DNA of 64,000 nt from Thalia democratica (taxonomy: Eukaryota): positions 28,148,001 through 28,212,000 of the forward strand of contig OZ241826.1 of assembly GCA_965202585.1 (NCBI GenBank), written 5' to 3'. Under the pieces are notes generated by a model. That model ran no database searches and had not been told where the DNA came from. It saw nothing but the letters and a program-made list of their open reading frames with translations. Below are positions 39,401 through 51,800 of this stretch, piece after piece; position 1 is the first letter of the stretch; the number at the start of each line of letters is the position of its first letter. Position numbers and translations under genes: made by a program.

Positions 39401-41039
39401 AATTAAGTCTCATTGCAGCATTAGCTACTAATGTTTTTACTATAAGTCTTAAGTCCCTAATAACATAGCTGTTAAACCGTTGGTATTAAATTTTCAACGA
39501 GCTAAATACTTTTTTATTTAACTTTTGAGCTTAACGTTTAAAGCCTGAAGATCACTGCCTTATTACTATGTGAAATGTCGTGTATAAAAAAAACGCTATA
39601 TTTTTCATAAGTTTAATCTAAACAGCAATTTTATAAGTAACTTTACTATGCTAATTTTACAACATCATTTTGTCTCAATTTTTTTGTCTTATAAGCCCTA
39701 AATATAAGATACATTTTTAAAGTTCGTTTAATATTTGAGTTTTTTTTTGATTGCTAGTTTTTTTGATTTAAGATTTTTTAAGAATAATGACTCTTTTGAA
39801 TAGTTAGTCTTTTTATCATTAGTATTTTATTTTAGGACTTAAGTAAGAGTTACATGTATTACAGCTCTTGGCTCTATGTACTACATTCTACCTACAGTGT
39901 TAACCATATTTAAAACTCAGGCTAGTTTTGGGTTAATAAGGATGACTTTATTGCTTAAAAGAAATTTTTTTGGCAAAATTGTATTACGTAACTTTGTTAT
40001 ATTACAATAAATGAAGCTTTATTATATAACTAAATATCTAATTCATTCCTTTAAATGATTATAAAAACTATGACAGCCTTCATTTCAAAGTAAGTAAAGT
40101 ACGTTCTTCCGAGCTTAATAAAAGTGAACCCACCCTTGACCCTGATCTAATAAAAATTGCCTAAGTGTTTAAAGTAAGTACGAATCTCAGTCAACAAGTT
40201 CTCTTGAAACATATTTCTGTTTGGTTGTTTGATGAAAATATAAACTGTTAGTCTTAACTATCACAATCAACAATTTACGATAGTTGCTGAACAAAAGCAA
40301 AGTAAAGATTAAAGTTTTAAGGTTTAAAAATTATTTTAGGAAAGTATTCGAAAACTTAAGTTTAGCTATATTAGTTTTCTTTTAATTTATAAAAAGTAAT
40401 TATTGAACTTTAAAGAAAACAATAAAAATAATATTGTTAAAAAACTTAAGTAAATGTTTTAAAAATACTTGCTTTTTATTAACAGAAAACCATTGGTTAA
40501 ATTTTAATAAAATTATAAAACTAACAGTATTACTTTCTGTTAAACAGACTTGTGGTTGCCAAAGTCTCAATTTAATAACAAATTAAGAGTAGTACACCGG
40601 AATTTAAACTAAAATTATCAAACGAGATTTTTAGAAACAGATTTTTCCTATCTAGGATCAACAACAACTGTGGTCACAAATTGCTCGCCGACCAAGGTAG
40701 TAAATGATTGACCGGGTTACCATTATGTTTAAAAAATCAAAGTTGTTTAGGAGGGTTCAAGGATGAACTTAGAAATTATTAATTAAATAGTGATTATTTA
40801 AGTCATAAGTGATAATTGATTCTTGTTTATTTACTTTTGTTTAAGAGTTAATAATATTTGTCATTTAATATACTAAAATTTTGGTTCACAATCTGATTTG
40901 TTTGGTTACAATAACAGTGGTTAAGTCTAAGTTGTAGAATTTTCTATATAGCCAATTTTTTCATTATTTTTTAACATAACTTTTTAAAATAACTTCAGAA
41001 TAAATACAACGTTTATTTTTAAGTATGCCTATGCGAAAA

Positions 41040-41990
41040 ATTTAAGGTAGAGGTACTGAGTTATAAATGGGTAACAGTCTATTAAACGGAACACGTGACC
41101 TTGCAAGCTTTCTCTTAAACGCTTGGATGAATAAAAATTTTAAGTTAAAATTTTCAATTAAATTTAAACAGTTGCGTTAAAATTCATGTTCATCCAAGCT
41201 TTTAAGAGAAAGCTCGCGCCATATATAAATACTCATCAGGTGAAGAGGAGATCATTCTAGCCACGGCTTGCTGCAGTAAACTTGTAATTACAGAATAAAC
41301 ATTTATATTTCTTAATTATTTTTTTGGAGTATTTTGTTTTAGAATGTTTTTTTCTTAAAAGTATTTTTTATAATTCTAAGTTCAAGCAGTTTTTTCTTGT
41401 TCTCTAGTTGAAACTTTCTAAAAGTATATATTTTTACAATTTCATTTATGCTTGAAGGTTTTAATAATATGCAAATATTTTTTGAAACATAAGGTTTTTA
41501 TATTATACATATTTCTTATGTTTGTTAGTTTTTGCAACTTTTCTTTTCTACTTTATGTTCCTATATTGTCATGCCTAGTTTTATATAGAGTGGCCTTAAG
41601 TATTTTTTAGTATCAGTGTTAGTAGGGATAATGTTGTTATTAATTTATTATGTTTGTAGTGTAAGTTTAAAGTATAATATAGCCATAAAAATTTCTTAAG
41701 TAACCTACACAACATTTCGGTTCCACTAGGCGTCCTTCAGGTAAAGAATCACCTGTCTTTAAGGTGATCGTGACAACCTGAAATTATTTTACCAAAACAA
41801 GTTTTAATTGTACATTAATTTTTATTTTAAGGCAGCATTTAGCATACATTTATATGACATTTTTATTTTACATAGTGCATTTTATTTAACTGTAAATTAA
41901 ATGAAACTTTACAGTATTCTCGCATTTTTATTTAAACAAGCAATACTGACATCTACTTTCTGCCCCTTTAAAAAGCCCTTGAGATTTAAC
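41040..41990. repeat. Inverted copy of the ART paralog 2 upstream region (~15480-16560)
   Basis: e.g. 41700-41760 is the reverse complement of 15850-15910. Includes a TATA+Inr unit (TATAAATA 41224, TCATTC A at 41254). A further partial unit lies at 42180-42305. Confidence 0.85.
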
Positions 41991-42486
41991 CATAACCAAA
42001 AATAATCAAAACTAACAGGCAATAGAGGGTCATACTAAACATAGTATCATAGGGGTATTAAATAATTAGTAACAAAAAATAGAGTGAATATTCTCATTTA
42101 TTAAGGAATAAGAGGAAGTGTAACAGGATATCTAAATTAATTTGATAACTGTTATAATTTAATTGAAAGTTTTAAGTTGAACTTTTTGTTCATCCAAGCG
42201 TCTAAAAGAAGGCTTGCAAGGTTACGTGTTTAACTGATGCAAGTTTGCATGTGCACTAGTTCTAGAGAAGATCATTCTAGCAACGGTTTTCTGCAGTAAA
42301 CATTTAGTTACAGAATATATATTCATGATGCTTAATTGTTTGTTTTTATTGTTTTTGTTTAAAATTGTTTTGTTCACGTAAGTACTTTTTATTCTTTCAA
42401 GTTTAAGAAATTAATTATTTTTCCAATATAAACACTCTTGAAGTATAATTTTTTAGATTTAAATTGTATTTAAAGGTTTTAAAAAC

Positions 42487-42970
42487 ATGCGGTTGCCCAG
42501 GTTGTTGGGACTGCTCGATGTGGTGTTGGCTATGATGGCTCTAATCCTTGGCTCTGGTCTTGGAGGTTCTGGCTTTGGTGGCTCTTACCTTGGTTCTGGC
42601 TTCAGTGGCTCTGACCTTTGACTCTGGCTCTGTTGATTCTGGCTGCGGTTGCCTTGACCGTTGGGACTGCCCGTTTTGGTGCTGGTTGGCATTGCTCTGA
42701 TCTTTGGCTTTGGTCGTTGACTCTAGCCTTGGTGATTCCGGCCGTGGTTGCTCAGAACTTTGGTTCTTAATAGATACTTTTGTTGCATTACTTGACGAAG
42801 TACTGGTGACGTCATAATTTGGTATGGCGACAGCGCGATTGCGTTTTGATTCTCTAGCAGCTTCACTTCGATTGTGTTCGGCTAATTCGGCTTCTAATTC
42901 GCGTAATTCTTGTAAAGAATTGCTAGCACGGACTGAAATAAGGTGTGTGTTAAACAACTAGGGGTCACCA
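42487..42970 (-). mobile_element. GC-rich fragment, possibly the PBS + gag-like start of an LTR retrotransposon (alternatively an isolated exon)
   Basis: TGGTGACCCC (42970-42961) matches the 3' 10 nt of eukaryotic tRNA-Trp. It is immediately followed by a 138-codon low-complexity frame without ATG (coiled-coil-like ELRELEAELAE; 9-aa KVRAT[EK]ART repeat). No LTR pair or TSD found. Confidence 0.35.
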
Positions 42971-44374
42971 TTTAACTATCCCGATTTTCTTATAACGTTA
43001 CTTATACGCGCGATGCTGGTTATTATCTGACTCCGTGCGCGTTATAAATATATCGGTGATGTTATTTAAATGTTTAGATATGACTTAGCTAAGTTATTTA
43101 GCTAAGTCGACTTAATGAATTGCGAACTAAACTTCGACTATCTTTTAAGCTTAGTTTAATTAAATAGTTAGATTGTTAGAATGCTTAACTAATTGTATAT
43201 AAGAAATCGAGTCTAGAAACACAAATTGTATTAAAATGAATATAAACTACGATACATGATAACAAAATATACAAATAAACTATTCAAATTTCCAATAAAA
43301 AACAGTCGCCTTCGTACAAGAAGTACGAGGCGACCACAATCTTTTCAAACGATATACTATCAGTACAAAGGTAAAACTAGACTGACTAGAAACTCGCGTT
43401 TTACTCAACTTAAGCATTTTTTGAGATAAAAGGTAGAAAGAACAGCGCATGCTGTTACAAAGCTTGTTTGGAGGTTTTTTTTTGATTTAATAATATACTT
43501 TTAAGATCAGTACTTAATATAACAAATCTTTTATCAATTACTTATGATTATACTCTGTCTAGAATTTTTTTTATATGTTTACTCATGACACTGTAAAAGT
43601 AAACTGAAACTAAAGTTTTATTTCAATGTAAGCTAGTATTTCCGCAGTAGTTCACAGTTATATATAAACTTTAATTGAGTATACATTGCTTTAATAGTAA
43701 GAAGTAGCCAAATATTAGTACTATGAAATTAAACACTGAAAAGTTTTTCTTAATACTTAAAAGTATCTAAAATTTATAAAATAATAGTTTACTAACATTT
43801 TTAAGGAATGGACTAAAAGTTTAAGAATAAAATTTGAGACTTAGGTAAATTAAATAATAAATTAGTTACAGTTTTAAACTAAAACTATATTATAGTTAAT
43901 TTATTCATATTTTTTGTTGATTAAAACTATTCAGTTTTCTTAATAATACGTTTATTTTAACTTAAAAAACGAATCACAAAAAATATAAAACCATCAAAAA
44001 ACACTAAGTACGTAGAGAAAGGTAACTAATTTAATAAAAAATATCTAATTTTCATTAAACTTTGTTAACTTTTAAGTTTGTTTAAACAAGTCACAATAAA
44101 ACTTTAAATAAATTTAATGTAAGATAAAACAAAAGTTTATTCTTTAATACTTGTTTTTATATAACTAATTTAATGCTTAATATTTCAAAATTATTGATAA
44201 CGTGATTATTTAATTAAACCAGAAAACTATTTCAAGGTAAGATTGATTGTAGTTGGATTTTGGTGTATTTCTTTTAGTTTCTGTAAAAAATAACTTTAGT
44301 AAGGTGTAAGTAAATAAGCAAAACATCAAAATACATAAAAAGAAAATTTGTTCAAACTACAAATAAAGTAATAC

Positions 44375-44432
44375 CTTCAAGGTATTTCGATTAATCAGGG
44401 TTAGTTTTGGAAGAGAAAATTCAGACAGTGAC
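44375..44432 (-). CDS. Homeobox gene A, conserved downstream exon (58 nt)
   Basis: tacag|GTCACTG...TTGAAG|gtatt. Same length and sequence as 63202-63259. Phase-1 reading gives GHCLNFLFQN* in both copies. Confidence 0.55.
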
Positions 44433-44739
44433 CTGTAGAAAATTAAATGTTTTGTAGAAATTTTCATCATAGAAATCAATTGTATGTTAGTAAAAAATGC
44501 AACTAAGTATTAAGTATATCTTTATAGTTTTCAGGTTCTTGAGGAGGTTTGTGTAATTAGTATAAAAAATGTTTTAATATAATAGTTGGTTTGTATTAAT
44601 ATACTAACAGAAGCAAAAATATTAAAAAACAAAACGTTATAAACTAAATATTCAAAAAGAAAAACTTTAAATACTACTTGTAGAAAGTATTATGCTTTAT
44701 ATTGGTATATTAACTTTAGTACAAAAAATAAAAACTCTT

Positions 44740-44827
44740 CTAAAGGTAGATACTCTTTCACTAGCTTATTTTTTGTGCGGTTTACACAAGTATCCCTGAA
44801 TTTTTTCCTACGATTGCTCACCCATCT
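44740..44827 (-). CDS. Homeobox gene A, helix-3 exon (RWVSNRRKKFRDTCVNRTKNKLVKEYLPL)
   Basis: tttag| acceptor at 44829-44828; 88-nt homolog of 62798-62885. The donor reads AAGAGT instead of GTGAGT; read-through stops at 44690. Confidence 0.85.
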
Positions 44828-45141
44828 CTAAAAGTATTGTTAAAGTCGATGGACAGAGCTTAAAGCAAATGTTTTTATTACTCAAGGAGTCAAAAGTGTG
44901 TTTTAAATTTATAGTGTGTTCTTTAACAATCTACAAAACTTGGAAAATTGTAAAAATAATGACAAAGTTTTAAAAAAAATCAGATTTTGTCAGTTTAAAT
45001 TTACAAAGTTCCTAATTTTACAAAGCCTTCAAGAGGTAAAAAATAGTTAAAAATCCTTTACAGTCAGAAAAAAGTTGCAAAGTTTTTACTATATACATGT
45101 ATATACGTAATATATAAATGCTAGATCATACAACATCTCAC

Positions 45142-45283
45142 CTCAATTTTAACAACATTCACGACACCTAGTGCTTTCGCCAGTAACTTCTTGTCTTCAC
45201 GTTTCCACACTTTCAATTTGTAACACATTATGTAACTGTGCAGAACTAAAAGCTGCCACTTTTCAAATCGAAGTCTCATTGGT
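45142..45283 (-). CDS. Homeobox gene A, helix 1-2 exon (PMRLRFEKWQLLVLHSYIMCYKLKVWKREDKKLLAKALGVVNVVKIE)
   Basis: aaacag|A...GAG|gtgag, 142 nt. The phase-2 start matches the upstream AG|gtaag donor. Differences to 62113-62254 include synonymous ones (CTT CGA/CTG AGG, AGT/AGC, GAA/GAG, GTT GTT/GTC GTG). Confidence 0.88.
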
Positions 45284-46154
45284 CTGTTTGATGAATTATT
45301 AACAAAAGTTTTAAATTTGCAAACTGTTATAACAAAATGTTTTGTTAGTTAGAAGTGTTAAAAACTTTTTTGAACTTAAGATTAGTTCTCTTTAAACAAA
45401 TGGTAAAAAAATATAACTTTGGTTCGACTTGACTTTAAAACTGTGTGTGGTTTATAAATTCACAAACTAGTACTTTTGTTTAGTAGTAAGTTATTTTATA
45501 AAAAGTTACCATTTAAAAAAAGCAGTTCAAAATATATAAGTTATAAAAAATAAACTTTAGGGGACTCCCCTCTTTGTTATTACCGGTAGTAAAACAGACT
45601 GATCACCTTAGCTAAGTTCCCTAATTATGTTGGGGAAGTATTGGTTTTGTCCATAATAAGTTAGTAAATTTTTGAGGGAGCAAACATATGTAAAATACAA
45701 TAAATTAATTATGAAAGGATAAATAAAAGACTCGAGCTATATTTTATAAGGAGATGAAATAAAGTAAATAAAATGGGAGAAAATTTAACCGTTTAAGTTA
45801 CAGACCAATTCCTTTGAAAAGTTGTTTTTGCAGAATTTTTGAATGCGTATTGTGGATTTTTGAGTTCATAATATGATGCAGCATAATTAAACAAAATTTG
45901 ATAACAGCTATAGTAGTTTCGTACTAGTTTTATAGTTCATATTATATAAAAAATTTAGTATGGATATAAAACTATGAAAAACATATAAATATCTGAATAA
46001 AAAGTTTAAATAAACAAGCGAATACTTATCACATTTTACTCTTAGAAAAAAAAGCTTACTTGCTTTACTTCAACGCGTATTGTTGAAAATAGTAGAACAT
46101 TTTTAATTTGTAGCTAAGAAATAACCTTAATTTCATATAATGTAAACATCTTAC

Positions 46155-46963
46155 CTTCTCCTAGCATTTGTGTACCTCGCTTGTCTTGGTAGTGGTGCCG
46201 CATAAGGATGGTGTCGTCGACTAGTAGGTCGTTGTCCACTGTTCAGCAATTGGTGTTGTTGCTGTACATGGCTCGCTACATTCGCTGATTGCCTTGGTGT
46301 GGCCGTAAAACCATGACTTGGTTCACTGTTCAGGAATCTTGTCGGTTGTTGAAGATCACTGTTCAGAAATCTTGCTGGTTGTTGTTGGGCTCCTGCATAG
46401 GCTTGTTGGCTAAACTGGCCACCTACCTGAGCAGTCGGGTGAGGGAATTGACCAGGGTTTGCCTTGCGAATCGGGCTATTAAACTGTACATGGCCACCTC
46501 TGTGAGCTGATCCATTAAAACTTCCGTAACTAGTTGTCGGAGGTTGACCTCTATAATGCGAATAGCTGCCTAACTGAGCTGGTGCGTTAAACTGCCCATA
46601 ACTTGGTGCCTGTGCTGGTTGGACGGACAGTCTATAGTTCGTCATACTCGCTTGCCCGTTCAAGTGTCCGTAGCTTGCTCTGTAGACCGGTCTAATAAGA
46701 TTACCGTAAGCTGCCAATCCTGGTTGGTTAAGACGTGCATAGTCTACCGTCTGCCCTGGCTGATTGAGCTGTCCATGGTCTGCTCTATATACCGGTCCGT
46801 TAAAATGTCCACTGCTTCCTACGTGTGCTTGTGTACTACGATTTCCATGGCTTGCTATCGGAGAAGAAGTGCTGAAAAGTCTAAAGCTTGCCATTTGAGT
46901 TGGCTTATTGACTTGATAAATTGGAATCTCGTTCAAGTTTGCTTTAACATTTCGTTTAGCTTC
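46155..46963 (-). CDS. Homeobox gene A, large low-complexity (G/Q/N/P/S/Y-rich) exon ending in RHHPY...ARR
   Basis: Acceptor tactaataaacaacgcag|GAA; donor AG|GTAAGA, whose TAA is the ORF-track stop. 809 nt (phase 0 to phase 2). Paralog of 60348-61192. Confidence 0.85.
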
Positions 46964-46990
46964 CTGCGTTGTTTATTAGTATTATAATAC

Positions 46991-47124
46991 TTAAAATGAC
47001 CATAGCTTCCTACGTTTGCTGGTCCAACAGAGTTACCATAGATTGCCATTTGAGCTGGCTTGTTGACTTGATAAATTGGAATCTCGGTCAAGTTTGCATG
47101 CACATTTCGTTTGGCTTCCTGCAT
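46991..47124 (-). repeat. Partial tandem duplicate of the start of the large exon, beginning ATG CAG GAA
   Basis: Encodes MQEAKRNVHANLTEIPIYQVNKPAQMAIYGNSVGPANVGSYGHF, closer to gene B (60342-60477) than to the adjacent exon of gene A. Confidence 0.85.
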
Positions 47125-48379
47125 GTATTTAACTAGATGAAAAAAACAAAAAATTAAAAAGTTATTCAACTTTTTAAAGCAGTAAAACTTTGAAGATTTT
47201 ATACTTTGTGAAAATTAAACAGGTGTAAATTAAATAAAACTTAATTTGTTAAGTAGTATTTGATATTTTTAAATCAAAACCTAAACTGAAAAAATTTAAG
47301 CCTTTTTGCTTTATATTTAAACCTTATAACTCTATATTTTTTCTAAAAACAATCTTTCAAAATTTTATATTTTTTACAACTAAAATTTAAACTTAATGTT
47401 CTAAAGTTAAATTTAAACATTGAATCATATTTAAAAAAATATTTTAAATTTTTAATTAAAATAGTAAGTTTTAAATACTTTAGTAGCAATTCACTATTTG
47501 TAGTATTATCACTGTTTTATGCATTTAAAAACAAACATTTACCTTCTAAGACAAAATACAATTTTACCAAAATAACTTATTTTTGTCAAAAATATAAGCT
47601 GATATGTTTAAAAAGGTAAAAAAATGTTTAGTTGTTTCTAAGTTTAAGGTATAAATGAAGAATGAATTAGCTTTCTGCATTGAAATGAAATTTTGTAACA
47701 CAAAAACTAAAAGTCTACAGTACTCTCAGTGTTTCTCAAACCTTTTTTCATAAGGCCCCCTTTAAATAAATCAATAAGCTAACGGCCCCTGCGAAATAAT
47801 TTTTCAATAAACTACCTAAAGCTTTTTTTTCACTCTCCATCAACAACACCAGAATATGTAGTGTAAGTTTCAGCTTTAGCCAAAATATTTTATATCTCGC
47901 AAATGTTTCAACAAGTTTAAAGTGAAAAATGACCGTCTAAAGTTTAAAAAAGTTTTCATAAAAACCAGTCAGCAATAAAGTTATCCAATTAAGCATTTAA
48001 GTAAACATGATTGTGTATCACAAAGTTCAATAATGAAGTCTTCGTCATAGAAAAGCAAAGTCACTGTAAAACTTATAAAATAAAACGACCGCCCCAGTTA
48101 GCACTCTAAAGATTAAAAAAAACGCTAAGAATGCGGCTTAGCTAAACTACTTAAAAAGCAAAATACCGCTTCTAAAAGATTTAAAAACTCTGATTATAAA
48201 AGCTAGGCATTAGAAGCAATCTGGCATATTTGTTACAGCGCTAGATTTATCTGTTTGTATTTCCCTTCTAGGAAAATATTCCTGTTCTAAGTGGCCTATC
48301 CCAGTATATATACTGATACTTATACCATTTTAAAACCAATATTCGTAAATAAATGAAACTGAACTTATAGGTACTAGAC

Positions 48380-48765
48380 TAGGGTTTCCCAAAATTGGCC
48401 AGATTGCCTATTTTTGGGCCATGATAGATACTCAAAGGGCCACGAGCTGCAAAAGGGCCAGAGGAGCGAGGGGGGGGGGGGAGAAGTGAGTACTTGAAGA
48501 GCCAAAAGGGGGCCATGAGGTAATACTTTGAGATTTAGACTAGATATTGTGGAAGTGTTGAAGAGCAACATAAAAAAAGTTATATGTGTTTTTATTGGTA
48601 AATTTGAAACTTATACTATATATTCTACAGTTGCTAATAAAGAGCAAAAAAAGGTCTTAGGTGTTTCTAATGATAGATTTTTGAGAAGTCATGTTCGGGG
48701 GATGGGGGGACAGCTTTTTATTTCTTTAAAGCGGTCCATTTAAAAAAAACGTTTGGGAAATTACG
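48380..48765. mobile_element. hAT-type MITE, 386 bp
   Basis: Perfect 8-bp TSD TACTAGAC (48372-48379 / 48766-48773; nnnTAnnn). Imperfect TIRs TAGGGTTTCCCAAA ... TTTGGGAAATTACG. A separate unpaired hAT-like end, CAGTGTTTCTCAAACC, lies at 47727. Confidence 0.75.
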
Positions 48766-48777
48766 TACTAGACTCAC

Positions 48778-48870
48778 CAGTAGCAAGCTATGCCAACCAA
48801 AGTGCAATAAGCTTGATACTTGCGAGCAGTAGAAGGATAGCTCCTTTGCTCGTAAACCGTTAAAAACCAT
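48778..48870 (-). CDS. Candidate upstream exon of homeobox gene A (MVFNGLRAKELSFYCSQVSSLLHFGWHSLLL)
   Basis: cattttacag|ATG...CTG|gtgagt, 93 nt, phase 0, compatible with the phase-0 acceptor at 46963. The homologous segment at ~421-526 also has acceptor and donor sites but not the same frame, so it may be UTR. Confidence 0.35.
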
Positions 48871-51800
48871 CTGTAAAATGTAATTGTACAAAGTTTTTGG
48901 CGCTTTTTTTGGTTTAGTAGAGAATTCCATTTTTAATCTAATTACGGTTGTTTTGTACTCTTTTTCTTTGGTTTTAGTACAACAATAAACTATTAATTTT
49001 ATTTTAACTATAATTAACTTGTTTTTTGTTATAGATGAAATTATTGATTTTGTTATAAAATTTAAAATATTTAAAACTATCAACACATGTGACACTTTTG
49101 TAAACTATTTTAATTTAGGACATATTTGAACTCGATAGGTACAAATGTAAACTTGTTAACAAAAGCTTATTTAAAACTATATTAGACACAAACTGTTTTG
49201 AAGTTTTAAATTTTATAACTTAAGTAAGTAGAATTTTATTTAAAAAATGGAATGAACTAGTTTTAAATAAAGTTAGTAATTTTTTACAAAAACAAATAAG
49301 CTTTTGTTATTTCATACATAAAAATTTGAATTGTTTTTTAAATATTTAAAAAGCCGCATGTCAACTATTTTTTTTTCTTGTACTTCTAGTTAAAAAACTT
49401 ATGTTAATAAAAAAAAATTAAAATATTAATAATTTATTTCCAAAATTACTTAAAATCACTATATTTAAAAAGTTATTGTAAACATATATATTGAAAAACA
49501 AAAATAATTCTTAGGTAATTATTAAGTTTACACGAACATTTTTTTTTAATATATGTTACTTTTTGTGATATGGCCTCTTGTTATTTTCAAAGTAATTACA
49601 ATTGTCGGAAATCGAATTGTCTGAGTTCAAATAGTCGTGATCCAATTTTATTTAATAACTTATACATTTGTTTTTTTTTTGTGAATTCTTAACGAACTAT
49701 TTCTTATTTCTCCTTAAAAAAAATTTCACGTGTTGTAATTCTAAATACAAGAATCATAAGGGTATCAACTATTTTATTACTAATACAAAACAGTTCTTTC
49801 ACTAAGTCAATAACTATTTTTCTGGTAAAAGATGCTTTCTTTAAAAATATAATTACCTACAATTTTAAATATAAATGATACACTTTTAACAGTACAGTAA
49901 CAATGGCAGTATTATAGAAATACTTTTTAAAACTAGATGAAACTTTAATTAAGATCAATAAAACTATAGAAATTTAAAAATCATACACATTTTATTCATT
50001 TAGTCAACTTATAGAAAACTTTTGTCTATGAATATTCATAACACTAATTTAAAATACTCGAATACGTAAATAACATAAACGAAAAGTATAATAAAACTTA
50101 CATAACGTTGAGCAATACAAATTCTAATACAAATAATTTTAATCTAAACATGACAATTAACTAAATCTTTTATAAACAATCTCTATTTTAAAGATAGTAC
50201 TAGTTCTTTTAAGGCATAGTTATGAATACTTTGTTTGACAAAAACTTGTTTTTTAAGCCTACAAAAATTAAAATTTACACAAAGCCAAAATCTAATGGAG
50301 TTACACAGATTTTAGAAACATAGCTCAAAAAATAAAACAATATTTTCCGGTTGACTTTTAACAATTTAAAGAAAACATCGGCGAAAGCCTACATAGCCTA
50401 AGCCTTGACCTTCGTATACATTGAGACAAATCTCAGATACGGTTCGCAGTCTACCGAAAGCTTGTGGTCGGATGATCGAAGTAGTATGATTAAATTTTCA
50501 TTTTAATAATTTTAGCATAAATACAATCATAAGTAGTGTTACGATGTATCAAAATAATCACTATTAACAAGTCAACATGCAAAAGTATTCAAGTAGTTCT
50601 TTAAATTCACTTAATTTTGAATACTTTTTTAATATTATTAGGAATCAAAAATGTCTCATAAATTATAAATGTTTGATTTTGCAATCTAAGCTTATGATTT
50701 GATGACCTTTTACAAAATAAAACTGTGAACTGAACTAGCTATTACATAAGTTTAATACTAAGATGGTTAAACAGTTTAATGTCAAACTATTGATGTTTAA
50801 AAAAACTTAGCGTTTTACTACAACTATTCTCTTATTTTTTACTCTAAAAGTGTTACATTTACATAAACTTTAATATTTCACAATTCAAAGTTCATTATTG
50901 TTTGTAAACAATAATATAGCCTATTAAAATTTTAAGTTTTTTTCAAAGTACGGCTTTTGAAAATTATATACATGCAATACGTTTCTTATTTCAAGCCATT
51001 ATTTTCAGAAAGTCAGCGACATTTCTTTCTTTAATAAAAAAACTAATGTTCTAGATAAACTAAAGTTAAACAAAAGCAGTTCGATAACTTACAAGCTTCT
51101 GATTGCCATCCTTTATGATATTAACAAGAAAGTTTTGAAAATTAATAACCTTTTAACTTTAGTAAAAGTCTACACTACGTAAAAAATAGGAAAAGCCGAA
51201 GTATAATATTTTATAATTGTTAAAAGTTTAAAAAACTAATAAAACACCTTAAGTTGCAATTTAATCTAACAATATCATAAAATTTCGTATTTTTTAATTA
51301 CAGTTATAATACTTTCAGTAGTAAATTTAAACTAATTTTAGCTTTAAGTTGTTAATATATACAATGAAGTTAGTTTAACAGATTATCTTACATTTAAGAC
51401 TTATTAGACAAAAAAATAAGACAAAATGATTTTATAAAATTATTTGTTTTTTTTTTATACATGACATATCACATAGTAATAAGGCAGTGTGATCTTCAGA
51501 CTTTGTAAATTAACAGTCAAAAAATTAATAAAAAAGTATAAAGCTTTTTGAAATTTTAGTACCACCGGTTCACCAGCTATATCATGAAGCTTCTTAGGTT
51601 AACAATAAAAACATTAGTAGTTAATAAAATCTGTAATAAACTATCACTATATTTAATTTCAATTTATCTGCAGTTTTAAATACAAACTAGCTGAACTGTT
51701 AAAGAACGATGCGATTTTGGGACTATATATTTTTCTAACACCAATATATACTTTTATATCATTTAAACTACAGCTGTTTTAGTATTAACTGAAATTATTA

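Noticed and set aside
40590-40780. LINE RT remnant (FSYLGS-like motif)
   Set aside because: One short motif with no supporting reading frame; insufficient without a search.
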